Part shown: positions 18,468 to 27,087 of the stretch, piece after piece
How the letters are laid out: every line of letters begins with the position of its first letter
Position numbering within the stretch: the stretch's first letter is position 1
Assembly: GCA_029821195.1 (NCBI GenBank)
Contig: JALGTU010000001.1
Location: 8,707-72,706, forward strand
Reading direction: 5' to 3'
Source: Candidatus Zipacnadia bacterium
GTDB taxonomy: Bacteria; Armatimonadota; Zipacnadia; Zipacnadales; Zipacnadaceae
DNA length: 64,000 nucleotides
Made by a program: the position numbers and the translations under genes
Notes under the pieces: model-generated
The model's input: only the letters and a program-made list of their open reading frames with translations
Told to the model about the DNA's origin: nothing
Databases searched by the model: none

Positions 18468-19520
18468 CTATTCGATCAGGCTGGCGACCAGGTCCCCAGC
18501 CTCCGTGGTCCTGACGCCGCTGCGCGTGGACAGGTCGCCCAGCTTGCCGCTGGCCAGGGCGCTGATCACGGCCTTCTCGATCGCGGCGCCCGCTTCCGGC
18601 GAGCCCAGATGTTCCATCATCATCCCGGCGGCACAGATCGCCGCAATCGGCGAGACCACATCCTTGCCGCGATACTTAGGTGCCGAACCATGAATTGGCT
18701 CGAACATCGAGACGCCCTCCGGATTGATGTTGCCGGACGCCGCCACGCCCATACCGCCCTGGATCATCGCGCCCAGATCAGTGATGATGTCCCCGAACAT
18801 ATTAGTGGTGACCACGACATCAAACCACTCCGGATTCTTCACGAACCACATGCAGACCGCGTCAACGAAAGCGTTTTCCTGCTTGATGTCGGGATACTCC
18901 TGCCCGACCTCCACGAAGGTGCGCCGCCATAGGTCGTGACCGTGGGTCAACACGTTCGCCTTGTCCACGCAGGTAAGCTGCTTGGCTTTGCTGCGCTTGC
19001 GCGCTATCTCGAAGGCGTAGCGAATTATCCGTTCGGTGCCCTTGCGGGTATAGATGCCCGTCTGCACGGCCACTTCGTCCGGCGTGCCTCTTTTCAGTTG
19101 GCCGCCCATGCCGGCGTAGAAACCTTCGGTGTTCTCGCGGACGACCACGAAGTCAATATCCTCGGGGCCCTTGTCCTTGAGCGGCGTCTCAACGCCGGGA
19201 TAGAGCTTGATCGGGCGCAGGTTGACGTACTGGTCAAACCCGAAGCGCAGCTTGAGCAAAATGCCCTGCTCCAGAACGCCCGGAGGCACGTCCGGGTGAC
19301 CGACCGCGCCCAGGTAGATGGCATCGCACTGGCTTAGCTCCGCCATCACCGAGTCGGGCAGGACTTCGCCGGTGCGCAGGTAGCGCTCCCCGCCGATGTC
19401 GTATTCTACCGTTTCGTACTCCACACCATACTTTTCCGCGGCCACCGCCATCACTTTCAGCCCCTCGGCAACTACCTCCGGGCCAACTCCATCGCAGGGC
19501 AAAACTGCTATCTGATACAT
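18468..19520 (-). CDS. leuB: 3-isopropylmalate dehydrogenase (isocitrate/IPM dehydrogenase family).
   Basis: [16 protein letters not shown]..., NLRP, and the ENTEGFY-type motif. The true start is ATG 19520 (GGAGG upstream). The ORF-track start at 19592 is an extension. Confidence 0.8.
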   Translation of the reverse strand: MYQIAVLPCDGVGPEVVAEGLKVMAVAAEKYGVEYETVEYDIGGERYLRTGEVLPDSVMAELSQCDAIYLGAVGHPDVPPGVLEQGILLKLRFGFDQYVNLRPIKLYPGVETPLKDKGPEDIDFVVVRENTEGFYAGMGGQLKRGTPDEVAVQTGIYTRKGTERIIRYAFEIARKRSKAKQLTCVDKANVLTHGHDLWRRTFVEVGQEYPDIKQENAFVDAVCMWFVKNPEWFDVVVTTNMFGDIITDLGAMIQGGMGVAASGNINPEGVSMFEPIHGSAPKYRGKDVVSPIAAICAAGMMMEHLGSPEAGAAIEKAVISALASGKLGDLSTRSGVRTTEAGDLVASLIE

Positions 19521-19653
19521 CACTGAACCTCCGCGATCCGTGCAGTACTGGGCATTACCGAGGATTATAGCTGATGGAATAACAGCAAGCAAATGCCCAC
19601 TGGCTCTCCCGCGCTGCGGGCCATGCTCACTGTCTAACCCACCCGCACTACCC

Positions 19654-20682
19654 TCAACGGTAGAACCATTCGATCGGCACCCGCGCCACCCGCAGAGCCT
19701 CCAGCGGCTTACCCAAACTGCCCACGTAATAACTGAGAATTGCTACATCCTCCAGAAAGCTAAGACTGGCGTAGCAGTACGTATGTGACAAGTCAGCTTC
19801 CAGGTCCTTGGCATTCTCCCAGGTGAGCCCCTCATCCTTCGAGATAGTGCAGCGCAGAGGTGTCCGATGGCCTTGATGGCCCAGCGCCATGTCCACATTC
19901 GGATTACGGATGAGCAGCAGGTCGCCGGTGACGGGAATACGCTGCAAGACAAAGGGCGCCTGGGTAGCGACGATTTGCGAGGGCTTCGCCTCACGCCAGG
20001 TGACGCCGCCATCCTCCGAGAAAGACTGATCCAGCACACCGCGGTCAGTACGGAGCAGCATCCACAGTCGGCCATCGTTGAGCTCTACCACTTTCGGCTC
20101 CATCGCCCCGCGCTGCGGCGAGTAGATTTCGTTGCTTAGCCGCCAGTTCTGCCCGCTGTCATCGCTGTACGCACATCCGGCCAGAAAACGCTCACGCCCC
20201 ACGAAGGTTCCAGCAACATCACCGGTCACACTATAAGGCACAATAATGCGGCCCCCGGTAAGCTGCACAGCGCAGTCGTTGCAGATAACGTAGTAGCGGT
20301 CCTGTGGCGCGCAGAAAGATGGTGGGCCAAAGCTCCGCGCATCGTCGGCGGACTCGCGCAGGCAGATGAAGCATTCTCGGTCGGAGTCCTTTCTGACATA
20401 GAAAAGTAATAGCCGTTGGGCCGAGAGCCGCAAGAAGCTAACCGACATCACATTCTGGCGGCCGTCGTTGGCAACAACCACCTTGGGCTGGGTCCAGGTC
20501 CGCCCCCCATCGCTGGAGTGGCAGGCTACGATATTAGCCGGGGCATGGTCCGCAGCAGACCGAAAGGCCCCATAAGCGAAGAGCAGTCGCCCATCAGTCA
20601 GTTCGACTATGTCGCCCTCGCCACTGCGTGGATGGTCGGCATCGGCTACCACTATATCAGCGAATTCCGGCATACACGACAT
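19654..20682 (-). CDS. BNR/Asp-box sialidase-like (GH33-like) protein with no signal peptide.
   Basis: Four Asp-boxes: SSDGGRTW, SDDSGQNW, SEDGGVTW, SKDEGLTW. No N-terminal hydrophobic segment. Confidence 0.75.
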   Translation of the reverse strand: MSCMPEFADIVVADADHPRSGEGDIVELTDGRLLFAYGAFRSAADHAPANIVACHSSDGGRTWTQPKVVVANDGRQNVMSVSFLRLSAQRLLLFYVRKDSDRECFICLRESADDARSFGPPSFCAPQDRYYVICNDCAVQLTGGRIIVPYSVTGDVAGTFVGRERFLAGCAYSDDSGQNWRLSNEIYSPQRGAMEPKVVELNDGRLWMLLRTDRGVLDQSFSEDGGVTWREAKPSQIVATQAPFVLQRIPVTGDLLLIRNPNVDMALGHQGHRTPLRCTISKDEGLTWENAKDLEADLSHTYCYASLSFLEDVAILSYYVGSLGKPLEALRVARVPIEWFYR

Positions 20683-20829
20683 GCTTAGGGTTCTCCTTCG
20701 GATCGACAGGTGCTTCGCCTATGGTGAGCTTGTCGAATCACTTGCTGAATCCTCACCTCTACGTCCAGGGACGATTTCATTACGATTATAACAGGCTACA
20801 CCAGCGCGAGCAAATGTGGACCCCGATGC

Positions 20830-21579
20830 TCAGATCACCACGCGCTCGCCCGGATGGGCCCAGTATGTCTGGGGAAAGATATCCCGGGCGGCGGTGATTA
20901 TCTCCGTCTTGTCGGCGGGCACGGTGTGCACCAGGTACAGCCGGCCGGCCTGGGCATCGCGGGCAATACTCGCCGACTGCCCGACGCCGGAGTGGCTGGT
21001 GGTAGGCTCGTCGGGCGGGTCCACCAGCCCCCTCGCCGCCTCGTAGACGAGCAGGTCAACACCGCGGAAGTGCTCGGCCAGCGCCGGCAGGTACGCGGTA
21101 TCGCCGGAGATGCCGAGCTGCTTGCCCGTCCGCGTGTCCACGAACCGATATGCCAGCCCCGGGACTTTGTGCCGAGTGCGGGCCGTCGTCACCGTGAACT
21201 CCTCGACCTGAAGCTCCTGATCGGGCTCCAGGGCAATGACCTTTGTCTCCGGCTTATCCCAGCCGATGTACGCCTTAGCCCGCTCGACAACCCCCTCGAC
21301 AGCCTCCGCCGGTCCCGCGACCGTCAGCGTCTGCTCGGGCTGGCGCAGGCCAATGTAGTATATCACCCCGGCCAGGCCCAGGTAGTGATCCTGGTGCCAA
21401 TGCGTGATGAGCACCCAGTCCAAGTCCAGCGGCGTATGTCCGAACCGGGTCATATTGATCGCCGCATTCCAGCCGCAATCCACCAGGATATGGTCGTTGA
21501 GGATGAAGCTGGCGGTATCGTCACCCGGTTGCGGCACGCAGGTATCGGTGCCAATGAAGGTCAGCGTGGTCTGAGGCAT
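20830..21579 (-). CDS. MBL-fold metallo-hydrolase.
   Basis: THWHQDH (HxHxDH) motif and downstream His/Asp ligands. Confidence 0.8.
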   Translation of the reverse strand: MPQTTLTFIGTDTCVPQPGDDTASFILNDHILVDCGWNAAINMTRFGHTPLDLDWVLITHWHQDHYLGLAGVIYYIGLRQPEQTLTVAGPAEAVEGVVERAKAYIGWDKPETKVIALEPDQELQVEEFTVTTARTRHKVPGLAYRFVDTRTGKQLGISGDTAYLPALAEHFRGVDLLVYEAARGLVDPPDEPTTSHSGVGQSASIARDAQAGRLYLVHTVPADKTEIITAARDIFPQTYWAHPGERVVI

Positions 21580-21594
21580 ACAGATCTCCGGTCG

Positions 21595-22479
21595 CTACAT
21601 TATCATCTTATTAAGCGGATACTCGATGATGCCCTGGGCACCGGCAGCCTTGAGCCTGGGGATAAGCTCGCGCACCAGAGCCGAGTCTACAATCGTCTCT
21701 ACCGCCACCCACTCGCCGTTGGCCAGCGGCGAGACCGTCGGACGCTTGAGCGCGGGCAGTTCGCTTACTACCGCGTCCAGGTCCTCCTGCGGCACATTCA
21801 TCTTCAGGCCCACCTTCAGCTCCGCATCGAGCGCGCCCTGCAGCAGCATCGCGATAACCTCAATCTTCCCGCGCTTCCAGGAATCCGCCCAGGCATCTTC
21901 GCTGGCGATGAACTTCGTGCACGACTCAAACAGGACATCCACTATTCTGAGATTGTTTGCCGCCAGTGTGTTGCCGGTTTCGGTGCCCTCGACGATGGCG
22001 TCCACCAGGCTGGGGCATTTGGCCTCGGTCGCACCCCAGGAAAACTCAACGTGGGCCTCTACACCATGCTCGGCCAAGTACTTCTTCGTGACCTCGACCA
22101 GCTCAGTGGCAATGCGCTTGCCTGCCAGGTCCTCGGGCCGCTGAATATCGGAACTCTCGTGTACCGCCAGCACCCACTTGTACGGGCGCATGCCGTGCTT
22201 GGCGTAGACCAGATCAGCAACTTCAGCCACTTTGTCCTCGACACCGCGCTCGCGAATCCAGTCTAAACCGGTCAGGCCGCAGTCGAGAATGCCGTCGGCG
22301 ACATAATTAGGCATCTCCTGGGCGCGCAGCAGCACCCCCCATAGCTCGTCATCGCCAAAATCGGGCTTATACTGCCGCTCGTCCACGGTAATCGGGAAGC
22401 CGGCCTTGCGGAACATAGCAATGGTCGCCTCTTGCAGGCTTCCCTTGGGCAACCCGATTCGCAATATCTTTTCCGACAT
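21595..22479 (-). CDS. hisG: ATP phosphoribosyltransferase, long form.
   Basis: [15 protein letters not shown]... with a C-terminal regulatory domain. GGAGAGAGG RBS lies 8 nt before ATG 22479. Confidence 0.85.
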   Translation of the reverse strand: MSEKILRIGLPKGSLQEATIAMFRKAGFPITVDERQYKPDFGDDELWGVLLRAQEMPNYVADGILDCGLTGLDWIRERGVEDKVAEVADLVYAKHGMRPYKWVLAVHESSDIQRPEDLAGKRIATELVEVTKKYLAEHGVEAHVEFSWGATEAKCPSLVDAIVEGTETGNTLAANNLRIVDVLFESCTKFIASEDAWADSWKRGKIEVIAMLLQGALDAELKVGLKMNVPQEDLDAVVSELPALKRPTVSPLANGEWVAVETIVDSALVRELIPRLKAAGAQGIIEYPLNKMIM

Positions 22480-22516
22480 TATTGTCACCTCTCTCCTGCG
22501 ACGCCAGGCAGTCCGT

Positions 22517-23068
22517 TTACTCCAGATTGGTATGCCGCGCCCGCATCTGTTCGTTGGTGGTGCCCATCCGCTTCATCAATCCCAGCACCAGAGCATCACC
22601 CACCACCAACAATGATTGCTCGAACAGCGAGCCCAGTGGTTGACAGGAGCTGGAGCCAGCCTCGCCGGTGACCGGCAATGGCACAACGACCACCAGGTCA
22701 CAGGCCTCAGCTATCTCCAAGTCGCCGTGAGCAGTCATCACGGCAGTGCGGGCACCGCGAGCCGCGGCCTCCTGTACCGTAGCCAACGTCCCCCGTGTCT
22801 GCCCCGAACCCGACCCGGCGATAAGTAGGTCGCCTTCAGCTATAGCCGGGGTGATGGTCTCCCCCACCACATAAGCCTCAACGCCGATGTGCATCAGGCG
22901 CATAGCGAAGGCTCGCATCATCAGCAAGCTGCGACCGGCTCCACAGACGAATACCCGCTTCGCCGCCAGGATTGCCTCGACCAGCACCGACAACTGTTGC
23001 TGATCGAGGTTGCCCACAACGTCGCTGATCTCTTCGCTAATTGCATCCGCGTACTCTTTCTCGTTCAT
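22517..23068 (-). CDS. SIS-domain sugar-phosphate isomerase (6-phospho-3-hexuloisomerase-like).
   Basis: ~183 aa with VFVCGAGRS and [12 protein letters not shown] motifs. Confidence 0.7.
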   Translation of the reverse strand: MNEKEYADAISEEISDVVGNLDQQQLSVLVEAILAAKRVFVCGAGRSLLMMRAFAMRLMHIGVEAYVVGETITPAIAEGDLLIAGSGSGQTRGTLATVQEAAARGARTAVMTAHGDLEIAEACDLVVVVPLPVTGEAGSSSCQPLGSLFEQSLLVVGDALVLGLMKRMGTTNEQMRARHTNLE

Positions 23069-23092
23069 CGTTTCAGTGGGGAGAATACTCCT

Positions 23093-25714
23093 TTATTGGT
23101 TGGTTTGGGGGCGAGTGACGACTACCGCGCAGGCCTCCAGGTCCAGCAGCTTCCGCGCATAGTCGCGCACCTGCTCGGCAGTGACCGCCTCGATCCGCTG
23201 CTGGTAGCGCCGGTAGTTATCATACCCCAGCCCGTACAATTCGTCCAGCGCCTGGCTCTGCGCGCGCACGGCGGGCTGGGCCAGACCGATCTGCTCGTGG
23301 CTCAGGCAGACAATCTTAGCCTTGGCCAGCTCTTCGGCGCCCACCAGCTCCGTTTGCAGCCGCGTGACGTTCTCCTCGATAATCTGCTGCACCTGTGCCA
23401 TCTCGGCGGCTGCTGTCGCAGCATAGATTGCATAGTAGCCCGGATCAAGCCCGGGAATAGCATACGCGTAAGTGGCATAGACCAGGCCTTCGCCGCGCAG
23501 GATGGTGTGCAGGCGTCCGCCCGGGTGCCCGATTCCCGCCAGCACCGCCGTCATCACATCGCGCACGTAACGCTCGTCCTCGTCCACCCGCGGACCCAGG
23601 AAGCCGTAGTAGACCAGCGCCTGGTTCTGACCGCGCTCCACCGTTTCCGTGCGGCGCTCCGCAAGTACCGGTTCAACCGGGATTTCTGGCGCGACTGTCT
23701 CGCCGGCCGCCCACGAGTCGAACTCCTGGCTCAGCAGCTTCCCGACCTGCTCCGGCTCAACTGCGCCCTGGATCACCAGGATCGTCCCCGCCGGCCGGCA
23801 GACCTGGCCATGGAACTCGCGAAGCTGCTCGGCGCTGAGCTGGCCCACGCTTTCCGCCGAGCCGATTTCCGCGAAGCGGTACGGATGACGCTGGAACAGC
23901 GTGGCGCGCAGTAGCTTCTCTGCTACCTCGTCCACATCCTCCTGTTGCGCTGCGATCTGCGCCAGCGTAAGCTGCTGCACGCGCTGGAATTCTTCCGCCG
24001 GAAAGGCCGGGTTTTGCAGACAGTCGGCCACAATGGGCAGTATCGCGGCGAAGTCTTCCGGCAGACAGCGTGCCGTCAACCCGAAGCTGTTGCGGCCTGA
24101 GTAACTGTCAATCTCCGCACCCAGATCGTCTATTACAGCAGCAATCTGCTCGCGGCTGCGCTGGGCGGTGCCCCGCGTGAGCATACGGGCCATCAGCCGG
24201 GTGATCCCGTTGTTCTGCTCGTTTTCATAGCGGAGCCCGGCGCGGGTAGCAGTCACTATGTGAACCGAAGGCGCACCCGGTTCGGCCCGGATCAGCACCG
24301 TTAAGCCGTTATCCAGCGTATACTTCTCAGTCTGCGGAAGAGGCACCGTCTCTGGCTGATCCGCGGCCGTCTCCTGCTTCGCCTGAGCCGGGAGCAAGCT
24401 GGTGATCACATAGCGGTCGGGCACCAGGTACTTGCGGGCTACTTCCTGGACTTGCGCTGCGGTTACCCCCCGGATGCCAGCCACATACTCATCACTGAAT
24501 CCCAAATCACCGGCCAGCAGCAGGTCAGTACCGAGCACCTCGGCGCGGCCCTGGGGCGTCTCCTGAGCGTAAACGAGCACAGCTTCCTTCTGGCGCTTGG
24601 CCCGCTGCAGCTCTTCGTCGGTCACCAGCTCCCGGCAAACTTTCGCCACCTCCGTCAGCGCCTGCTGCTCGACCTGCGGGATATTGACCGGATCAAGACT
24701 CGCCGAGATCGCGAACGTTCCGGCACCGTACGCCGGGGTGTGCGACCAGGTAGCGACGTTGTCAACCAACCCCATCTCATCGCGCAGCAGGCGGGGTAGG
24801 CGGGCGCTGTCGCCGTGACCGAGCACGTATGCCAGAACGTCCAGCGCATAGAGATCGGGATGAAACAGGTCAATCGTCCGCCAGCCTATCACCAGGCGAG
24901 CGCGGCGCAGTCCCGGCCACTGTCGCTCGGCCCGCCGAACTGTCGTCGGTCCGGCCTCCTGGGGCAAGAGCGCCGGCGGCTGACCCCGCAGGGGATAGCT
25001 GCCGAGTACCTGCTCAAGCTTGTCCGCGATCTCGTCGGCATCAAAATCCCCGACTGCTACGACCACCAGGTTGTCCGGTGTGTAGTGCTCGCGATGAAAC
25101 TTGACCAGATCCTCCCGGGTGAGCTTGTTGAATTCGGCCAGATAGCCAATGACCCGGTAGCGCTCGGGAGAACGACGGAACATCGTCTGGTTAAACAGCT
25201 CGCCGATCGCCCGGCCCGGGCTGTCATCCACCCGGGCAATCTCGCGGGTGACGACATCAATCTGCTGGGCCACCTCCTCTTCGGGAAAGATGGCGCCCAG
25301 CACGTAATCGCCCAGCAAGTCAACAGCCTGGCCGGCCCACGCGCCGAGCGTGGTAATATAGTAGCAGGTGTGATCGCGGGTGGTATAGGCGTTGGCGTGG
25401 CCGCCGATGGCCGCCTCAAGCTCGTCAATTTGGGCGGCGGTATGCGTAGGCGTCCCTTTGCCGCAGCAATGCTCGACAAGATGGGATATCCCCGCTCCCA
25501 TGTACTCGCCTTCGAAAAGGCTGCCCACACCTACATAGAAGCGGATCGCGGCGACCGGAGAAGTATGATTCTCCTCGACGACTATTTGTGCCCCATTGGG
25601 CAAGACCCGATGTATCGGCCGCGCATAGCCGGCTGCACTCGCAACGAACACGAGCACAGCAAGCAACAGCGCTGCAGATGTGGGGAACTGCCTGCATCTG
25701 GTCATCAGGACCAC
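23093..25714 (-). CDS. Secreted M16-family zinc peptidase (two M16 units).
   Basis: Signal peptide, HLVEH (inverted HxxEH zincin motif), and duplicated M16/M16_C domains. Confidence 0.85.
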   Translation of the reverse strand: MVLMTRCRQFPTSAALLLAVLVFVASAAGYARPIHRVLPNGAQIVVEENHTSPVAAIRFYVGVGSLFEGEYMGAGISHLVEHCCGKGTPTHTAAQIDELEAAIGGHANAYTTRDHTCYYITTLGAWAGQAVDLLGDYVLGAIFPEEEVAQQIDVVTREIARVDDSPGRAIGELFNQTMFRRSPERYRVIGYLAEFNKLTREDLVKFHREHYTPDNLVVVAVGDFDADEIADKLEQVLGSYPLRGQPPALLPQEAGPTTVRRAERQWPGLRRARLVIGWRTIDLFHPDLYALDVLAYVLGHGDSARLPRLLRDEMGLVDNVATWSHTPAYGAGTFAISASLDPVNIPQVEQQALTEVAKVCRELVTDEELQRAKRQKEAVLVYAQETPQGRAEVLGTDLLLAGDLGFSDEYVAGIRGVTAAQVQEVARKYLVPDRYVITSLLPAQAKQETAADQPETVPLPQTEKYTLDNGLTVLIRAEPGAPSVHIVTATRAGLRYENEQNNGITRLMARMLTRGTAQRSREQIAAVIDDLGAEIDSYSGRNSFGLTARCLPEDFAAILPIVADCLQNPAFPAEEFQRVQQLTLAQIAAQQEDVDEVAEKLLRATLFQRHPYRFAEIGSAESVGQLSAEQLREFHGQVCRPAGTILVIQGAVEPEQVGKLLSQEFDSWAAGETVAPEIPVEPVLAERRTETVERGQNQALVYYGFLGPRVDEDERYVRDVMTAVLAGIGHPGGRLHTILRGEGLVYATYAYAIPGLDPGYYAIYAATAAAEMAQVQQIIEENVTRLQTELVGAEELAKAKIVCLSHEQIGLAQPAVRAQSQALDELYGLGYDNYRRYQQRIEAVTAEQVRDYARKLLDLEACAVVVTRPQTNQ

Positions 25715-25744
25715 CTGCTCAATATCTGACGGAGCACAGTGCGA

Positions 25745-26980
25745 TTATGGCGAGGCCAGGAAGATGTCCTGGGCGTGCTGGAGCGCCTCGGCCCGGGCCA
25801 TCCGCCCGCTCAGCGACAGATAGAGCGCCAGGCGCAGCGCCTCGAGCACCTTATCGCGGCTGTGCACCGGTATGCTCCGAATATGGTCAAGCGCGGCCGT
25901 CAGCGGCTCCCGCAGGGGGTCGCGGCACAAGCCCCGCAGCTCCGGACTGGGCGGCAGCCCACCTAACGCCAGCAGATGTGCCTGGGACTGGATGTCGCAC
26001 ACCATTCGGACAAACTCCACGCATTGCTGCTCGTGGGCACTGTCTTGCAGTATCGCCAGGCCCTCGCCGATCAGATGAGCAATCGGCTGGCTCTGACTGG
26101 GCAGGCTGACGACTTGCACATCCAGGTCAAACTCCTGAGCCTGGGCCACCTGCTGCGCCCACCAACTGTCAGTCACCAACATCGCCAACTTGCCCTGCAA
26201 AAAAAGCCCTTCCAGTTCCTTGCGCGTCCAGCTTAGCACCTGCGGCTGGGCAACGCTCGTGAGCTGGCCGAACAGGTCGAGCGCCTGGGTGCTGGCCTCC
26301 GTGCTCAACGTCCAATCCCCTTCGTCGTCATACAAACGCCCCCCGTACGCCCAGGTCATCTCCACCAGCAGCTCGCCACCCCCCGTAGAGCCCGGCAGGC
26401 CCATGCCGTAGACCTCGGGCGGCTTATGCAAGGCCTTAGCTACCTCCAGCACCTCGTCCCAGGTCTGAGGCGCCGCCAGGCCGGCTTCGGTGAGCAGGTC
26501 AGTCCGGACCAGCAGGCATCGTCCCCCCATCATCCAGGGCACCGCGCGCAGCCGGCCGTCCGTGGTGAACATATCGAGCACCGCCGGATAGAACACCGCC
26601 CGCTGCTGGGTGCTCAGCGCCGTCTGGAGCGAGCGCAGCAGGTGCCCGAACTTGGGCAGCCAGATGCTGGGAATGATGACCATATCGGGCGCGTTCCGGC
26701 GGTCCGAGCCGCTCCAGCCTTCCAGCTTTCGATACGCCTCGCTGGTCGGACGACTGTTTAATGTGATGCGACTCTCGGGGTGGCTGCGGCGATACAGCTC
26801 CAGGATAGTATGAATCGGGCGAAGCTCACTGGCCAAGCCATCATGCCATACGAACAACTCGATGAACTCGACCGGCTGGTGGTCGCCCTCGGCCACTGCT
26901 ATCATATTAGCAGCGAATGGGCAGACAATAATGAGGGCAATGGTGCGCAATAGTCGCAGGCGAACGCGCAGCGTACTCAC
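25745..26980 (-). CDS. Extracellular solute-binding protein (ABC-type, family 1), apparently orphan.
   Basis: Signal peptide and SBP_bac_1-like fold. No permease or ATPase genes are adjacent. Confidence 0.7.
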   Translation of the reverse strand: MSTLRVRLRLLRTIALIIVCPFAANMIAVAEGDHQPVEFIELFVWHDGLASELRPIHTILELYRRSHPESRITLNSRPTSEAYRKLEGWSGSDRRNAPDMVIIPSIWLPKFGHLLRSLQTALSTQQRAVFYPAVLDMFTTDGRLRAVPWMMGGRCLLVRTDLLTEAGLAAPQTWDEVLEVAKALHKPPEVYGMGLPGSTGGGELLVEMTWAYGGRLYDDEGDWTLSTEASTQALDLFGQLTSVAQPQVLSWTRKELEGLFLQGKLAMLVTDSWWAQQVAQAQEFDLDVQVVSLPSQSQPIAHLIGEGLAILQDSAHEQQCVEFVRMVCDIQSQAHLLALGGLPPSPELRGLCRDPLREPLTAALDHIRSIPVHSRDKVLEALRLALYLSLSGRMARAEALQHAQDIFLASP

Positions 26981-27087
26981 CTCGTAGCGCAGAGGGCCGC
27001 GACCAGCTTGGTCGCCGCCCTCAAATCAAAATGCTCGAGAAAGCCAGGCTATCTCCGGCCAGCAGGCCCACAACACAACCCACTCGG

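Noticed and set aside
20854-22266. 470-aa + ORF spanning the MBL and hisG region, and similar long antisense ORFs at 17622..18932, 22889..23914, 32053..33024, 40407..41189, 41728..42921, 8871..9587, 10568..11302, 6190..7146, 15560..16441, 34281..35051 and 54647..55778.
   Set aside because: Each lies opposite a well-supported conserved gene. They are low-complexity and Arg/Pro-rich, with no RBS or domain signal. They are an expected by-product of ~65% GC.
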